From Candidatus Aenigmatarchaeota archaeon (GTDB lineage Archaea > Aenigmatarchaeota > Aenigmatarchaeia > Aenigmatarchaeales > Aenigmatarchaeaceae): 64,000 nucleotides of DNA. Below, one piece after another: positions 37,717 through 46,146 of this stretch. The translations under genes were made by a program, and so were the position numbers. The stretch is from assembly GCA_043814985.1 (NCBI GenBank), contig JBDRJK010000019.1, positions 64,001 through 128,000 on the forward strand, in the 5' to 3' direction. The notes under the pieces were generated by a model that was not told the DNA's origin, did not search any database, and saw only the letters and a program-made list of their open reading frames with translations. Position 1 is the first letter of the stretch; each line of letters begins with the position of its first letter.

Positions 37717-38943
37717 ATGATTGAAAACATTTCAAAGGTTTTAGAAAAAAATCTATGTGACCATTGTCTGGGAAGATTGTATTCTAGATTGTTGACAGGC
37801 ATGACAAACGAGGAAAGGGGAAAGGCCATCAGGAAATTTGCAGCCATGATGATTGATGCCAAAGTAATTGACAATCCCGATATAGACTTTAATAACTTCC
37901 ACGGTTTCAAATTCCGGAACAATGAGAGAGAAATAAAAAAGGGAAAGTGTTCTTTATGTTCCAACCTTTTTGACAAGCTTGACAGCTTTGCTGAAAAGGC
38001 TTATAAGAAAACAAATAGGCTTGAGTTTGAAAGCTTTCTTGTTGGTTCAAAAATCAGTGATGATATTTTCAAGAAAGAGGAAAAGCTGTGGGAAGTAACT
38101 GGGATAGAGCTTGTCGAGTCAATTAAGTCCGAGATAAATAGGGAATTGGGAAAAAAGATATGGGATTTGAACAAGAAGCCTGTCAATTTCAAGAAGCCTG
38201 ACATACTCATAGTTGCGAATTTTGTGAATAACAAAATCGAAATAAAGATAAACTCGCTCTATGTTCTAGGCTATTACAATAAATTGAAAAGAGGCATTCC
38301 TCAATCCAAGTGGGGGACTCCCGGCAAGTACAAGACATCTGTTCAGGAGATAATTGCCAAGCCTTTCATGAAAGCCACAAAGGGAAAGAGCAATTCATTT
38401 CATGGTTCTGGAAGAGAGGATATTGATGCTACATGTCTTGGTTGGAGACCTTTTGTTTTTGAAGTTATAGAACCTCTAAAGAGAAAAATAAATCTTAAGG
38501 AAATCGAGAAGCAGATAAACAAGAGCAAGAAGGTCAAGGTCAAAATTATTAAATTCTGTGATAAGGATACAGTCATAAAAGTCAAGGAAGGGAGAGGTGA
38601 CAAGACCTACAGAGCCCTTGTCAAACTGTCAAAACCAGTGGGGAAGAAAGAATTGGGAAAGCTCAAAGAGCTGAAAGTGTCAATATCACAGAGAACTCCT
38701 ATCAGAGTTTCACACAGAAGAGCTGATTTGATAAGAAGGAGAAAAGTAAAGGAAATAAGCTACAAGCAAATCAACAGCAAGACCTTGGAAATCAAGGTAA
38801 AGGGCGCTGCTGGTCTGTATATCAAGGAGCTGGTCACTGGAGACAAGGGAAGGACCAAGCCTTCTGTTGCTGAGAAGCTCGGCTGCGAGGCGGTTGTGAA
38901 GGAGCTCGATGTCATTAAAATCGAGAGACCAAAAAACTTATAA
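37717..38943 (+). CDS. pus10: tRNA pseudouridine(54/55) synthase Pus10
   Basis: LCDHCLGR, RGIPQSKW, FHGSGREDID, QRTPIRVSHRRAD, GLYIKELVTGD.GRT. Confidence 0.96.
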   Translation: MIENISKVLEKNLCDHCLGRLYSRLLTGMTNEERGKAIRKFAAMMIDAKVIDNPDIDFNNFHGFKFRNNEREIKKGKCSLCSNLFDKLDSFAEKAYKKTNRLEFESFLVGSKISDDIFKKEEKLWEVTGIELVESIKSEINRELGKKIWDLNKKPVNFKKPDILIVANFVNNKIEIKINSLYVLGYYNKLKRGIPQSKWGTPGKYKTSVQEIIAKPFMKATKGKSNSFHGSGREDIDATCLGWRPFVFEVIEPLKRKINLKEIEKQINKSKKVKVKIIKFCDKDTVIKVKEGRGDKTYRALVKLSKPVGKKELGKLKELKVSISQRTPIRVSHRRADLIRRRKVKEISYKQINSKTLEIKVKGAAGLYIKELVTGDKGRTKPSVAEKLGCEAVVKELDVIKIERPKNL

Positions 38944-38966
38944 AATTTCGGTTCCTATTGATTCAA

Positions 38967-39536
38967 ATGGAAGACGACCTGTTTCTGAAAAGCAAAATAG
39001 ACAAGCTGAAGGGCAAAGAGCCTGTCGTGAGGATCCGAGCCAAAGAAACCAAGGAAGAGTACAAGAGGCCTTCCTGGGACGAGTACTTCATGAGCATAGC
39101 CAAATTGGTCGGGACCAGAGGCACATGTGACAGGGGAAGAAGCGGGGCAATAATAGTAAAGGACAAGAGGATTATTACCACTGGCTACGCAGGCTCTCCA
39201 ATGGGACTGCCCCACTGCGATGAAGTCGGCCATTTGATGAGCGATGTCATGAATCCTGATGGTTCAGTGTCAAAACATTGCGTGAGGACTGTTCACGGTG
39301 AGCAGAATGCCATTGTCCAGGCTGCTCTACACGGGGTTTCCACCAAGGGAGCTACTATCTATACCAAGTTTGAGCCCTGCTTCATTTGCGCCAAGATGAT
39401 AATAAATGCGGGAATAAAGAGGGTTGTCTGCCAGAGGAAGTACCACGCGGCAGAATTCACCAGGAAGTTCTTCAAGGAAGCCGGCGTTGGACTGATTGTC
39501 CTGAGTGACGAAGTTGAGGAATACCCTAACCAGTGA
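38967..39536 (+). CDS. dCMP deaminase (ComEB-like)
   Basis: RPSWDEYFM, TCDR, HGEQNA, PCFIC. Confidence 0.92.
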   Translation: MEDDLFLKSKIDKLKGKEPVVRIRAKETKEEYKRPSWDEYFMSIAKLVGTRGTCDRGRSGAIIVKDKRIITTGYAGSPMGLPHCDEVGHLMSDVMNPDGSVSKHCVRTVHGEQNAIVQAALHGVSTKGATIYTKFEPCFICAKMIINAGIKRVVCQRKYHAAEFTRKFFKEAGVGLIVLSDEVEEYPNQ

Positions 39537-40101
39537 TTTTTGATAAGACTTCTTCTACCTTTTTTTGTAAATCCCCTAGAGTTCCAGTGTTTTTTATTGT
39601 AAAATCAGCCATTGCTACTGGCCCTGCTTTATGAAGGTTCCCTATCTCAGAATAGTCCCTGCTTTGTGCCTGTTCTTGTGTGAATGGCCTGTGTCTCATT
39701 TCTTTATCATTCTTTGGATCGTATTTTCTAATTTCTAATCTCTTGTAGCGTGTTTCTGGCGAAGCATAAACAGCTATACAGATAAATGATTCACCGTACC
39801 TTTTCTTTAATTCCAGATACTCTTCCCAGCTGTACAAGCCATCAGCAATAACATCACCCTTTTCCAGTAATTTGTCGATTTTCGGTATGTTCAAAATTGC
39901 ATATGCGGCCATGCCATGCTCCTTTCTTATTTTCTCCCTTATTGGCCTTTCATTCTCTTCTGTTGGCTCAAGACCTCTTTCTTTCACAATATCCAGTGTT
40001 ATCTGCCCAAAACGTATGAATTGAAAGCCTTTCTTTACAAGCATGTCAGCTACTGTGCTCTTTCCAGAACCTGTCATTCCTACTAGTGCGATTACCTTCA
40101 T
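39526..40101 (-). CDS. dephospho-CoA kinase-like P-loop nucleoside kinase
   Basis: ALVGMTGSGKST, DG, ASPETRYKRL, RD..E, ADFTI.N. Confidence 0.82.
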   Translation of the reverse strand: MKVIALVGMTGSGKSTVADMLVKKGFQFIRFGQITLDIVKERGLEPTEENERPIREKIRKEHGMAAYAILNIPKIDKLLEKGDVIADGLYSWEEYLELKKRYGESFICIAVYASPETRYKRLEIRKYDPKNDKEMRHRPFTQEQAQSRDYSEIGNLHKAGPVAMADFTIKNTGTLGDLQKKVEEVLSKITG

Positions 40102-40163
40102 CTAACCACTTAATATATAAACTTTTAATTAATAACTATTATAAATATTTTAGGTTGGTTTTA

Positions 40164-40442
40164 ATGGTTTCAAAATCGCACGGTCCAAGAAGGGGAACAA
40201 GGAAGAGGTTTAAGAATGAGAGGAAGGCCACTGTCAACCAGTTCATGAGGAAGTTTGAGCTGGGAGACAAGATAGTGATTGACATAGAGTCCTCTTCGTC
40301 CAAAGGCATGCCTTTCAGAAGGTTCCAGGGACGTACTGGCAAGGTTGTTGGACAGAGGGGAAGGGCCTACTTGATTGAGATAAAGGACGGCAACATGGTC
40401 AAGAAGATAGCTACGAACCCGGAGCATATTAAAACCATATAG
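40164..40442 (+). CDS. rpl21e: 50S ribosomal protein L21e
   Basis: SHGPRRGTR, GMPFRRFQGRTG, PEHI. Confidence 0.96.
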   Translation: MVSKSHGPRRGTRKRFKNERKATVNQFMRKFELGDKIVIDIESSSSKGMPFRRFQGRTGKVVGQRGRAYLIEIKDGNMVKKIATNPEHIKTI

Positions 40443-40479
40443 TTATTTTAATAATTTCTTGGTAACTTATTCTATATAC

Positions 40480-40565
40480 GCGGAGGTCCGATAGTCTGGT
40501 CAATTCGGTAGGCTTGAGGAGCCTATGGGTTAGTCCCTTCGCAGGTTCAAATCCTGCCCTCCGCA
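40480..40565 (+). tRNA. tRNA-Leu(GAG)
   Basis: GCGGAGG/CCTCCGC acceptor, TAGGC-TTGAGGA-GCCTA, long variable arm, GCAGG-TTCAAAT-CCTGC. Confidence 0.93.
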
Positions 40566-40624
40566 CAACATATTTTCTCATGAAGGGCGGCACATTAATA
40601 AGCAAAATTTCATAAATTGTTAGT

Positions 40625-41107
40625 ATGAAGAAAAGATATTTTTTGATTATTGCAGTTTTGATTTCAATTATAGTATCATTATACTTCTATATATCATATT
40701 TTTACATCGCGGAAGTACCAAATGAGTATATAGCTTGTGGTTGTGGTTGCTGTGGTGGTATGGAACCTCAAGAAGAATGTATCTACCATTCAAAAGGTGA
40801 TGATATGAGGTCAATTATTATAAACGATAGGTTAATGTCCAGAGACCCTATATGCCCTACGGTTGGGTGTAGTTTTCCTATAAAATATGTCTATTGTGAC
40901 TGCACTCAAGACAATTCCGGTTCATGTGATAGAACTTGCGAGTCTGATGATGATTGTCAATTATCATGTGGTTGTGACTGTATCTCTAAAAACGAAGTTT
41001 GTAGATTTGCAGGTACTTTTTGCGAAGAACCGGAAGAAAATCCAAGCCTTTATCAGAAATGCATATGTATCAATAACAGATGTGAACTTAAATGGGAAGA
41101 GGGTTAA
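40625..41107 (+). CDS. Cys-rich secreted or membrane-anchored protein
   Basis: N-terminal hydrophobic helix; 20 Cys in 160 aa (CGCGCCG, CGCDC). Confidence 0.75.
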   Translation: MKKRYFLIIAVLISIIVSLYFYISYFYIAEVPNEYIACGCGCCGGMEPQEECIYHSKGDDMRSIIINDRLMSRDPICPTVGCSFPIKYVYCDCTQDNSGSCDRTCESDDDCQLSCGCDCISKNEVCRFAGTFCEEPEENPSLYQKCICINNRCELKWEEG

Positions 41108-41130
41108 GGGAGAAACGTAGTTTCTCCTTA

Positions 41131-41156
41131 GGAGGTTCAAATCCTGCTCTCCGCAC
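41131..41156 (+). repeat. copy 2 of tRNA-Leu 3' end (att-like)
   Basis: GGAGGTTCAAATCCTGCTCTCCGCAC versus tRNA GCAGGTTCAAATCCTGCCCTCCGCAC: 2 mismatches in 26. Confidence 0.9.
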
Positions 41157-41206
41157 ATCTCATGTTCTTCACCGCTTGATGTGAGGGCAGCAATAAGAAT
41201 AAATTT

Positions 41207-42406
41207 CTAAATTTTTGTTGGAGAAGCTTCTCTCAAATAATTTTTATTGATTTTTATTCTGGTTCCATTGTGGTAGTATTTTTTCTTTGATAATCTCTCC
41301 CATCTTACCTCTTTCCCGAGTATGCTTAAAGTTCTTGCTACAACCAAACAAACAAGGGACAGCGCCGAGTCAAAAGTCAAATAAAGAGGGATGAACGGAA
41401 TAAGACGCCCCTCTTTCATTTTAAACAAACCTATGGAGATAGCTAAGAACGAGATTAGAAACGGAATAATAGAAAAAATACGCAATTGCAGGCTGCTCGC
41501 AAAAATAAAGGCTATTAAAGAAAACAAACTTATGGTCTGTATAGCCACTGGATTGAGGGATATCACCGTTGAGGTAATTTTTTTCTTTCTAAATACGAAT
41601 CTCGTGGGCATGCTGTACCATCTCAACCTCTGTATAAAAAAGTGATAGACACTCTCGACCTCCTCTTGCCATACACTTGCACCAGTAACGGCCATCTTCC
41701 AGCCCCTGTTTTTCAGATTGCTGGCCATTTCTTCATCTTCTGCGAGCGTCTTTCCATGACCACCCACATCTTTCCACGCTTTCCTCTTGAACGAATAATT
41801 AGCGCCGCAAATGTACTGTTCAACGCCCATCCTCGCTCTTCCCCAATACGCAACATTTAACATCCACACGTCCTCTATGGCCCTCATCCTGGTCAGCAAG
41901 TTCTTGTACCAGTTACCGCAGAATACCAATCCCAAGGATGCGCCAATCCTTTTGTCACTCATCAGAGTGCGGACGTGTTTCATCAGCCAGTCTCTTTCAC
42001 ATATTCCGTCAGGATCTGTGAGGGCGATGATGTCCCCCTTTGCCACATCTCTTATGGCATCGTCAAGGACCTGGCCCTTTCGGTTGTATCCCTTTTTGCT
42101 TCTATAATGTTTTATCAGCCCCAATTTCTCGTAGTGCTTGCATATTTTCAGAGTCTTGCCAGTAGACCCGTTGTCATAAACTATTATCTCGTACTTGTCC
42201 TTTGGATAGTTCAATTTAAGGAAGTTTTCGATCTTTCTTTTTATTACATTTCCTGCCCAGTCGTCCCTGTATGCATATGTCATGACGCTGACCTTTGGCA
42301 AGACCTTTGGTTCCTTTGGCTGATAAGGTCTTTTCGCAATAAAGGCATAAAGAAGGTTGAGTAAGGATGACAGTATGAACAAAGATGATAGTATTTCTGT
42401 AAGCAT
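41207..42406 (-). CDS. GT2 processive glycosyltransferase
   Basis: DNGS, DPD, AED, QRLRW; N- and C-terminal TM helices. Confidence 0.9.
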   Translation of the reverse strand: MLTEILSSLFILSSLLNLLYAFIAKRPYQPKEPKVLPKVSVMTYAYRDDWAGNVIKRKIENFLKLNYPKDKYEIIVYDNGSTGKTLKICKHYEKLGLIKHYRSKKGYNRKGQVLDDAIRDVAKGDIIALTDPDGICERDWLMKHVRTLMSDKRIGASLGLVFCGNWYKNLLTRMRAIEDVWMLNVAYWGRARMGVEQYICGANYSFKRKAWKDVGGHGKTLAEDEEMASNLKNRGWKMAVTGASVWQEEVESVYHFFIQRLRWYSMPTRFVFRKKKITSTVISLNPVAIQTISLFSLIAFIFASSLQLRIFSIIPFLISFLAISIGLFKMKEGRLIPFIPLYLTFDSALSLVCLVVARTLSILGKEVRWERLSKKKYYHNGTRIKINKNYLREASPTKI

Positions 42407-42456
42407 ACTTTATTATTGGTGGCGTTTAAATAAGCTTTTTTATAAATTCTGATCTA

Positions 42457-42480
42457 GTTCAAATCCGGCCCTCCGCACCA
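42457..42480 (+). repeat. copy 3 of tRNA-Leu 3' end, ending in CCA
   Basis: GTTCAAATCCGGCCCTCCGCAC: 1 mismatch in 22 versus the tRNA; the copy ends ...GCACCA. Confidence 0.88.
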
Positions 42481-42512
42481 TTCTTATTAATCAAGAATTC
42501 TAAATTGATAAT

Positions 42513-43352
42513 ATGAAACTAATAATCTTAGGTTCTGGTGGAGCATGGTCTTGTCCCATACCCACTTGCTTTTGCGAAAAATGTAGAGAAGCAAGAGACA
42601 AGGGAGTGCCTTATTCCAGAGGAGGGCCTTCCTTATTCATAGAAGAGGAGAGCATACTGTTTGATACCCCGGAGGAAATTACTCAGCAATTAAACAGGGA
42701 GAAAGTAAAGAGATTGAGGCACGTATTCTACACTCACTGGCATCCGGACCACACCCAAGGCATGAGGATATTTGAGAATATTGCAAGACGTTTGAAGCAC
42801 CCGCAAGAATTACCGTTTGATGCGGAAATGATTGATGTCTATATACCAGTTGAGGTCTATGATGATTTCAAAAAGTATTTGTCGAATTTTTTCTATTATG
42901 AAGAAAATGGATGGATAAGGGTTCATAAGATAGAAGACAGGAAAGAAATAAAGATAGGAAGGTTGTCCATAATTCCTCTAAGCTTTAGGGTTCCGGGAAA
43001 ATCCCGTTATGGGTATCTAATAAAGGAAAGTAAAAAGAAGGTATTCTACGGGCCTTGTAGCATATGGAGCATGACAACTGACGAGAGCTTTGACAGTACT
43101 GATTTAATGCTTATAGAATTTGGTTGGTTAGGGAACACAGAAGAGAAAAGAAAGAATGATCCCAAGACTTCATCTATTCACTATCACATAAGCTTTGAAG
43201 AGGATATAGAACTTATCAGAAAACTGAAACCTAAACGGACTATACTTACACATATCGACTATACGGATTTTGAAAATGCTGAGAGGTTGGTAAAACCATT
43301 CAAAAAATTGAATATAGATATAGCATATGATGGCATGAAAATAGAGGTTTGA
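42513..43352 (+). CDS. MBL-fold metallohydrolase (PhnP-like)
   Basis: ILGSGG, CFCEKC, THWHPDH, THI, AYDGM. Confidence 0.9.
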   Translation: MKLIILGSGGAWSCPIPTCFCEKCREARDKGVPYSRGGPSLFIEEESILFDTPEEITQQLNREKVKRLRHVFYTHWHPDHTQGMRIFENIARRLKHPQELPFDAEMIDVYIPVEVYDDFKKYLSNFFYYEENGWIRVHKIEDRKEIKIGRLSIIPLSFRVPGKSRYGYLIKESKKKVFYGPCSIWSMTTDESFDSTDLMLIEFGWLGNTEEKRKNDPKTSSIHYHISFEEDIELIRKLKPKRTILTHIDYTDFENAERLVKPFKKLNIDIAYDGMKIEV

Positions 43353-43356
43353 TTAG

Positions 43357-43372
43357 AGTTCCAACATCCGCA
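43357..43372 (+). repeat. possible highly decayed copy 4 of tRNA-Leu 3' end
   Basis: AGTTCCAACATCCGCA retains GTTC...TCCGCA right after the MBL stop codon. Confidence 0.35.
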
Positions 43373-43401
43373 TTTTTATTCTAAAAATTCCAACTAACCA
43401 T

Positions 43402-44082
43402 ATGGTAGACTGGTTCGGTTCGTTTCCCGTGGCTCCACTGCTTTTCGCGTTTCTGATTCCAATAGTTTACTCCTTGGTTAAAAGAAAGGAACTCAAATCA
43501 ATCCTATTAATGACAGCATGCTCAGTAGGGGTCGTTGCCTTCTATCCAATTACTAACTTTCTGAGCAGCTCCATCCCGTTGTTTGGTTATTTAATAGGAA
43601 AAGTCATTCTTTTTGTCTTGTTCCCAATAGGGACAATATTCTTCATAGAGCGCTGGAGCATCAAAGACATCTTCACGAACTTGGGTGTCAGAAAGGAGAA
43701 CCTAAAGAAAAGCATTCTCTATGGTTTATTAGCTGCAGTGGTTACAATAGCCATCACCACCTTGATTATTACTAGTAGCCAGATTGATTCTGTCTATAGC
43801 ACGGTCATGTTTTTCGAGTCCTTCACAGAGGAGTTCTTCTTCAGGGGCTTTTTATTGCTGTATTTAATGAAAAAGACCAGTCCCAAGGTAGCATATGCAA
43901 CATCCATACTCGGCTTCATCCTAATACACCCCCAGAACTTTGACAATCTATTTATAATCTCAACAATGGTGCAGGGAGTTCTGATGACTGTCATTGCCGA
44001 CAAGACCAAAAACATAGTGGGTCCTTGGGTTGGTCACGGCCTTAATAGGGTTGTTCCCAGTCTTCTGAGAATCCTTTTCTAG
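43402..44082 (+). CDS. CPBP (Abi/CAAX) family intramembrane metalloprotease
   Basis: EEFFFRG, F..IH, H..N motifs; multi-TM. Confidence 0.9.
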   Translation: MVDWFGSFPVAPLLFAFLIPIVYSLVKRKELKSILLMTACSVGVVAFYPITNFLSSSIPLFGYLIGKVILFVLFPIGTIFFIERWSIKDIFTNLGVRKENLKKSILYGLLAAVVTIAITTLIITSSQIDSVYSTVMFFESFTEEFFFRGFLLLYLMKKTSPKVAYATSILGFILIHPQNFDNLFIISTMVQGVLMTVIADKTKNIVGPWVGHGLNRVVPSLLRILF

Positions 44083-44129
44083 ATAATCTATATTTAAAGA
44101 TTTCTTCCTTACTTTAATCTAGTGATAAG

Positions 44130-44396
44130 ATGGGAACTCCAAACTTTGAAATTAAAAGGGAAGAACATAAAAAGTGGTTAGAAGAACAAGGGATACCATT
44201 TGGAAGATGTGACTATGCTCCTAAAGAGGGGAATCTGGGTACTAACAAGTGTAGCATATACTCTCATGTTGATCCTGAATTCCAAGTTTTCACATGCCTT
44301 TCTGCATGTGGTAATGAAGTTAATGGTTTTGAGAACAACCTGAAAGTAACGCCATGTGAACATAAAAGATTGAAAGACCAATATGAAAAGAAATAA
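44130..44396 (+). CDS. hypothetical Cys-containing protein
   Basis: 88-aa ORF with 5 Cys; TATA box upstream. Confidence 0.55.
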   Translation: MGTPNFEIKREEHKKWLEEQGIPFGRCDYAPKEGNLGTNKCSIYSHVDPEFQVFTCLSACGNEVNGFENNLKVTPCEHKRLKDQYEKK

Positions 44397-44399
44397 TAA

Positions 44400-44819
44400 T
44401 CAGAATGATTTCATATATTCTCTTATCTTATTAACCGAAATCTTGACTTCTTCAATTATTTTGTCATTCTTCATGTTCTCTTTGGCATAATTCATGATAG
44501 GTCTTACTGACTCTATCTTCCTGCCGAATCTCTCCATCCATCCGTGCCTAGGAAATATCCAGAGGTGAAATTTATGCTCGGAATCCTCGTTCTGAAAGAG
44601 GTAGACATCCTTTATTTTTAGTACTTCCTTCATTCCCCTTCTGAGATTTATTAGCAGTTTTATGAATTCCTTTGACTCTTCTTCATTGAGGTCAGCAACA
44701 GAATTTATCTTCCTTTTGGATGATATTATGAAGAACCCTGGTATGGGAATCTCCCAGTCTTGGCCAACTTCGAAATGGTTAGTGGTTATTATTGTCTCAT
44801 CAGGGAATAATTTTTCCAT
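44400..44819 (-). CDS. HIT-like protein
   Basis: PIPGFFIISSKR...HKFHLWIFPR, a variant HIT motif. Confidence 0.8.
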   Translation of the reverse strand: MEKLFPDETIITTNHFEVGQDWEIPIPGFFIISSKRKINSVADLNEEESKEFIKLLINLRRGMKEVLKIKDVYLFQNEDSEHKFHLWIFPRHGWMERFGRKIESVRPIMNYAKENMKNDKIIEEVKISVNKIREYMKSF

Positions 44820-44892
44820 ATTAAGAAATTATGAAAATTGGTATTTATTAGAATATTATAATTTTTTAAACCAGCATTTCTAAATCTATTAT

Positions 44893-45408
44893 ATGAAAAA
44901 GACAAAGACTTACGAGAACTTTCCTTTATGGATAGTCGCCTTAACTAACCTTTTCTCCCTATCAATCTATCTGATAGGATTATATATTTTCTCAAGATTT
45001 GGAATACTATTCGCTGTATTCTTCGCTCTTTACATTATCTGGACTGAATTCCGCTTGGTTACAAAATCCTGCAGGAATTGTTATTATTATGGTAAATTCT
45101 GTGCATTCGGAAGGGGCAAGTGCTGTTCTCTGTTATTCAAGAAAGGCAGCCCCAAGAGGTTTGTGAAAAGAAAGGTAACAATGAAAGACCTAATCCCAGA
45201 TTTCCTATTAACTATACTTCCAATGATAGCAGGAGCCATACTTCTAATATACGACTTTTCATGGTGCATTCTTGCATTAATAGCCTTTTTGATTGTTTTC
45301 GGATTCTTTGGAAATGCAGTGATCAGGAGCTCTTTCGCCTGTAAATATTGCAAGCAAAGGAAAATAGGATGCCCTGCAGAAAAGTTATTCAAGAAAAAGA
45401 ACAAATAA
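44893..45408 (+). CDS. 4-TM membrane protein with Cys clusters
   Basis: CRNCYYYGKFCAFG and CKYCKQRKIGCP motifs. Confidence 0.7.
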   Translation: MKKTKTYENFPLWIVALTNLFSLSIYLIGLYIFSRFGILFAVFFALYIIWTEFRLVTKSCRNCYYYGKFCAFGRGKCCSLLFKKGSPKRFVKRKVTMKDLIPDFLLTILPMIAGAILLIYDFSWCILALIAFLIVFGFFGNAVIRSSFACKYCKQRKIGCPAEKLFKKKNK

Positions 45409-45441
45409 GCTTTTTAACCTTGAATTACAATTAAAATCAAT

Positions 45442-46146
45442 ATGAAAGGCATGATTGTACCTGACCATCTGGGCGTTATTCTTGACGGCAATAGGAGATG
45501 GGCTATCGAAAATAAACTGAAGCCTTGGAAAGGCCACGCTTTCGGGGCTGAGAAATTTGAAAAATTTTTGGAATGGTGTGTGGAATTTGAAATACCTCAA
45601 ATTTCCGCATATGTCCTATCAACAGAGAACCTTAACAGGTCAAAAAGAGAAGTTGATGCTCTGCTAGATTTATTCCAAAATGAGCTGGAAAGAGTCGAGA
45701 ATAATAAGATAAGCCTTCTGGACAAGTATGAGATAAGAATGAAATTTATAGGAGATTTGACCAGACTGCCTTTGGGACTCCGTAGAGTAATGGGAAGAAT
45801 AATGGACAAGACAGAAAAATATAACCAAAGAGTCTTCAACATTATGGTTGCTTATGGTGGGAAGTTCGAGCTGACAAACGCTGTCAAGAAAATAGCTAAA
45901 AAGGCCTTGGAAACAGGCATAGTAACTGTGACCGAGAAGACAATAAAGGACAACCTTATGGTAAAAGATGATATTGACCTTCTTATTAGGACTGGTGGGG
46001 AGAAGAGGCTTTCCAACTTTATGCCAATCCAGGCCGCCTATGCAGAGATGATAGTTCTAAGAAAATTGTGGCCAGACATCAGGAAAAGCGATCTGAAAAG
46101 ATGTATTATGGAATACTCTAGAAGGCAGAGAAGATTCGGCCACTAG
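45442..46146 (+). CDS. uppS: cis-prenyltransferase (undecaprenyl-diphosphate synthase family)
   Basis: ILDGNRRWA, STENLNR, AYGG, IRTGGEKRLSNF, RRFG. Confidence 0.96.
   Translation: MKGMIVPDHLGVILDGNRRWAIENKLKPWKGHAFGAEKFEKFLEWCVEFEIPQISAYVLSTENLNRSKREVDALLDLFQNELERVENNKISLLDKYEIRMKFIGDLTRLPLGLRRVMGRIMDKTEKYNQRVFNIMVAYGGKFELTNAVKKIAKKALETGIVTVTEKTIKDNLMVKDDIDLLIRTGGEKRLSNFMPIQAAYAEMIVLRKLWPDIRKSDLKRCIMEYSRRQRRFGH

Noticed and set aside
40541..43372. Repeats as a CRISPR array
   Set aside because: The repeats are tRNA 3' ends separated by 0.6-1.3 kb gene-containing units, and no cas genes are present.
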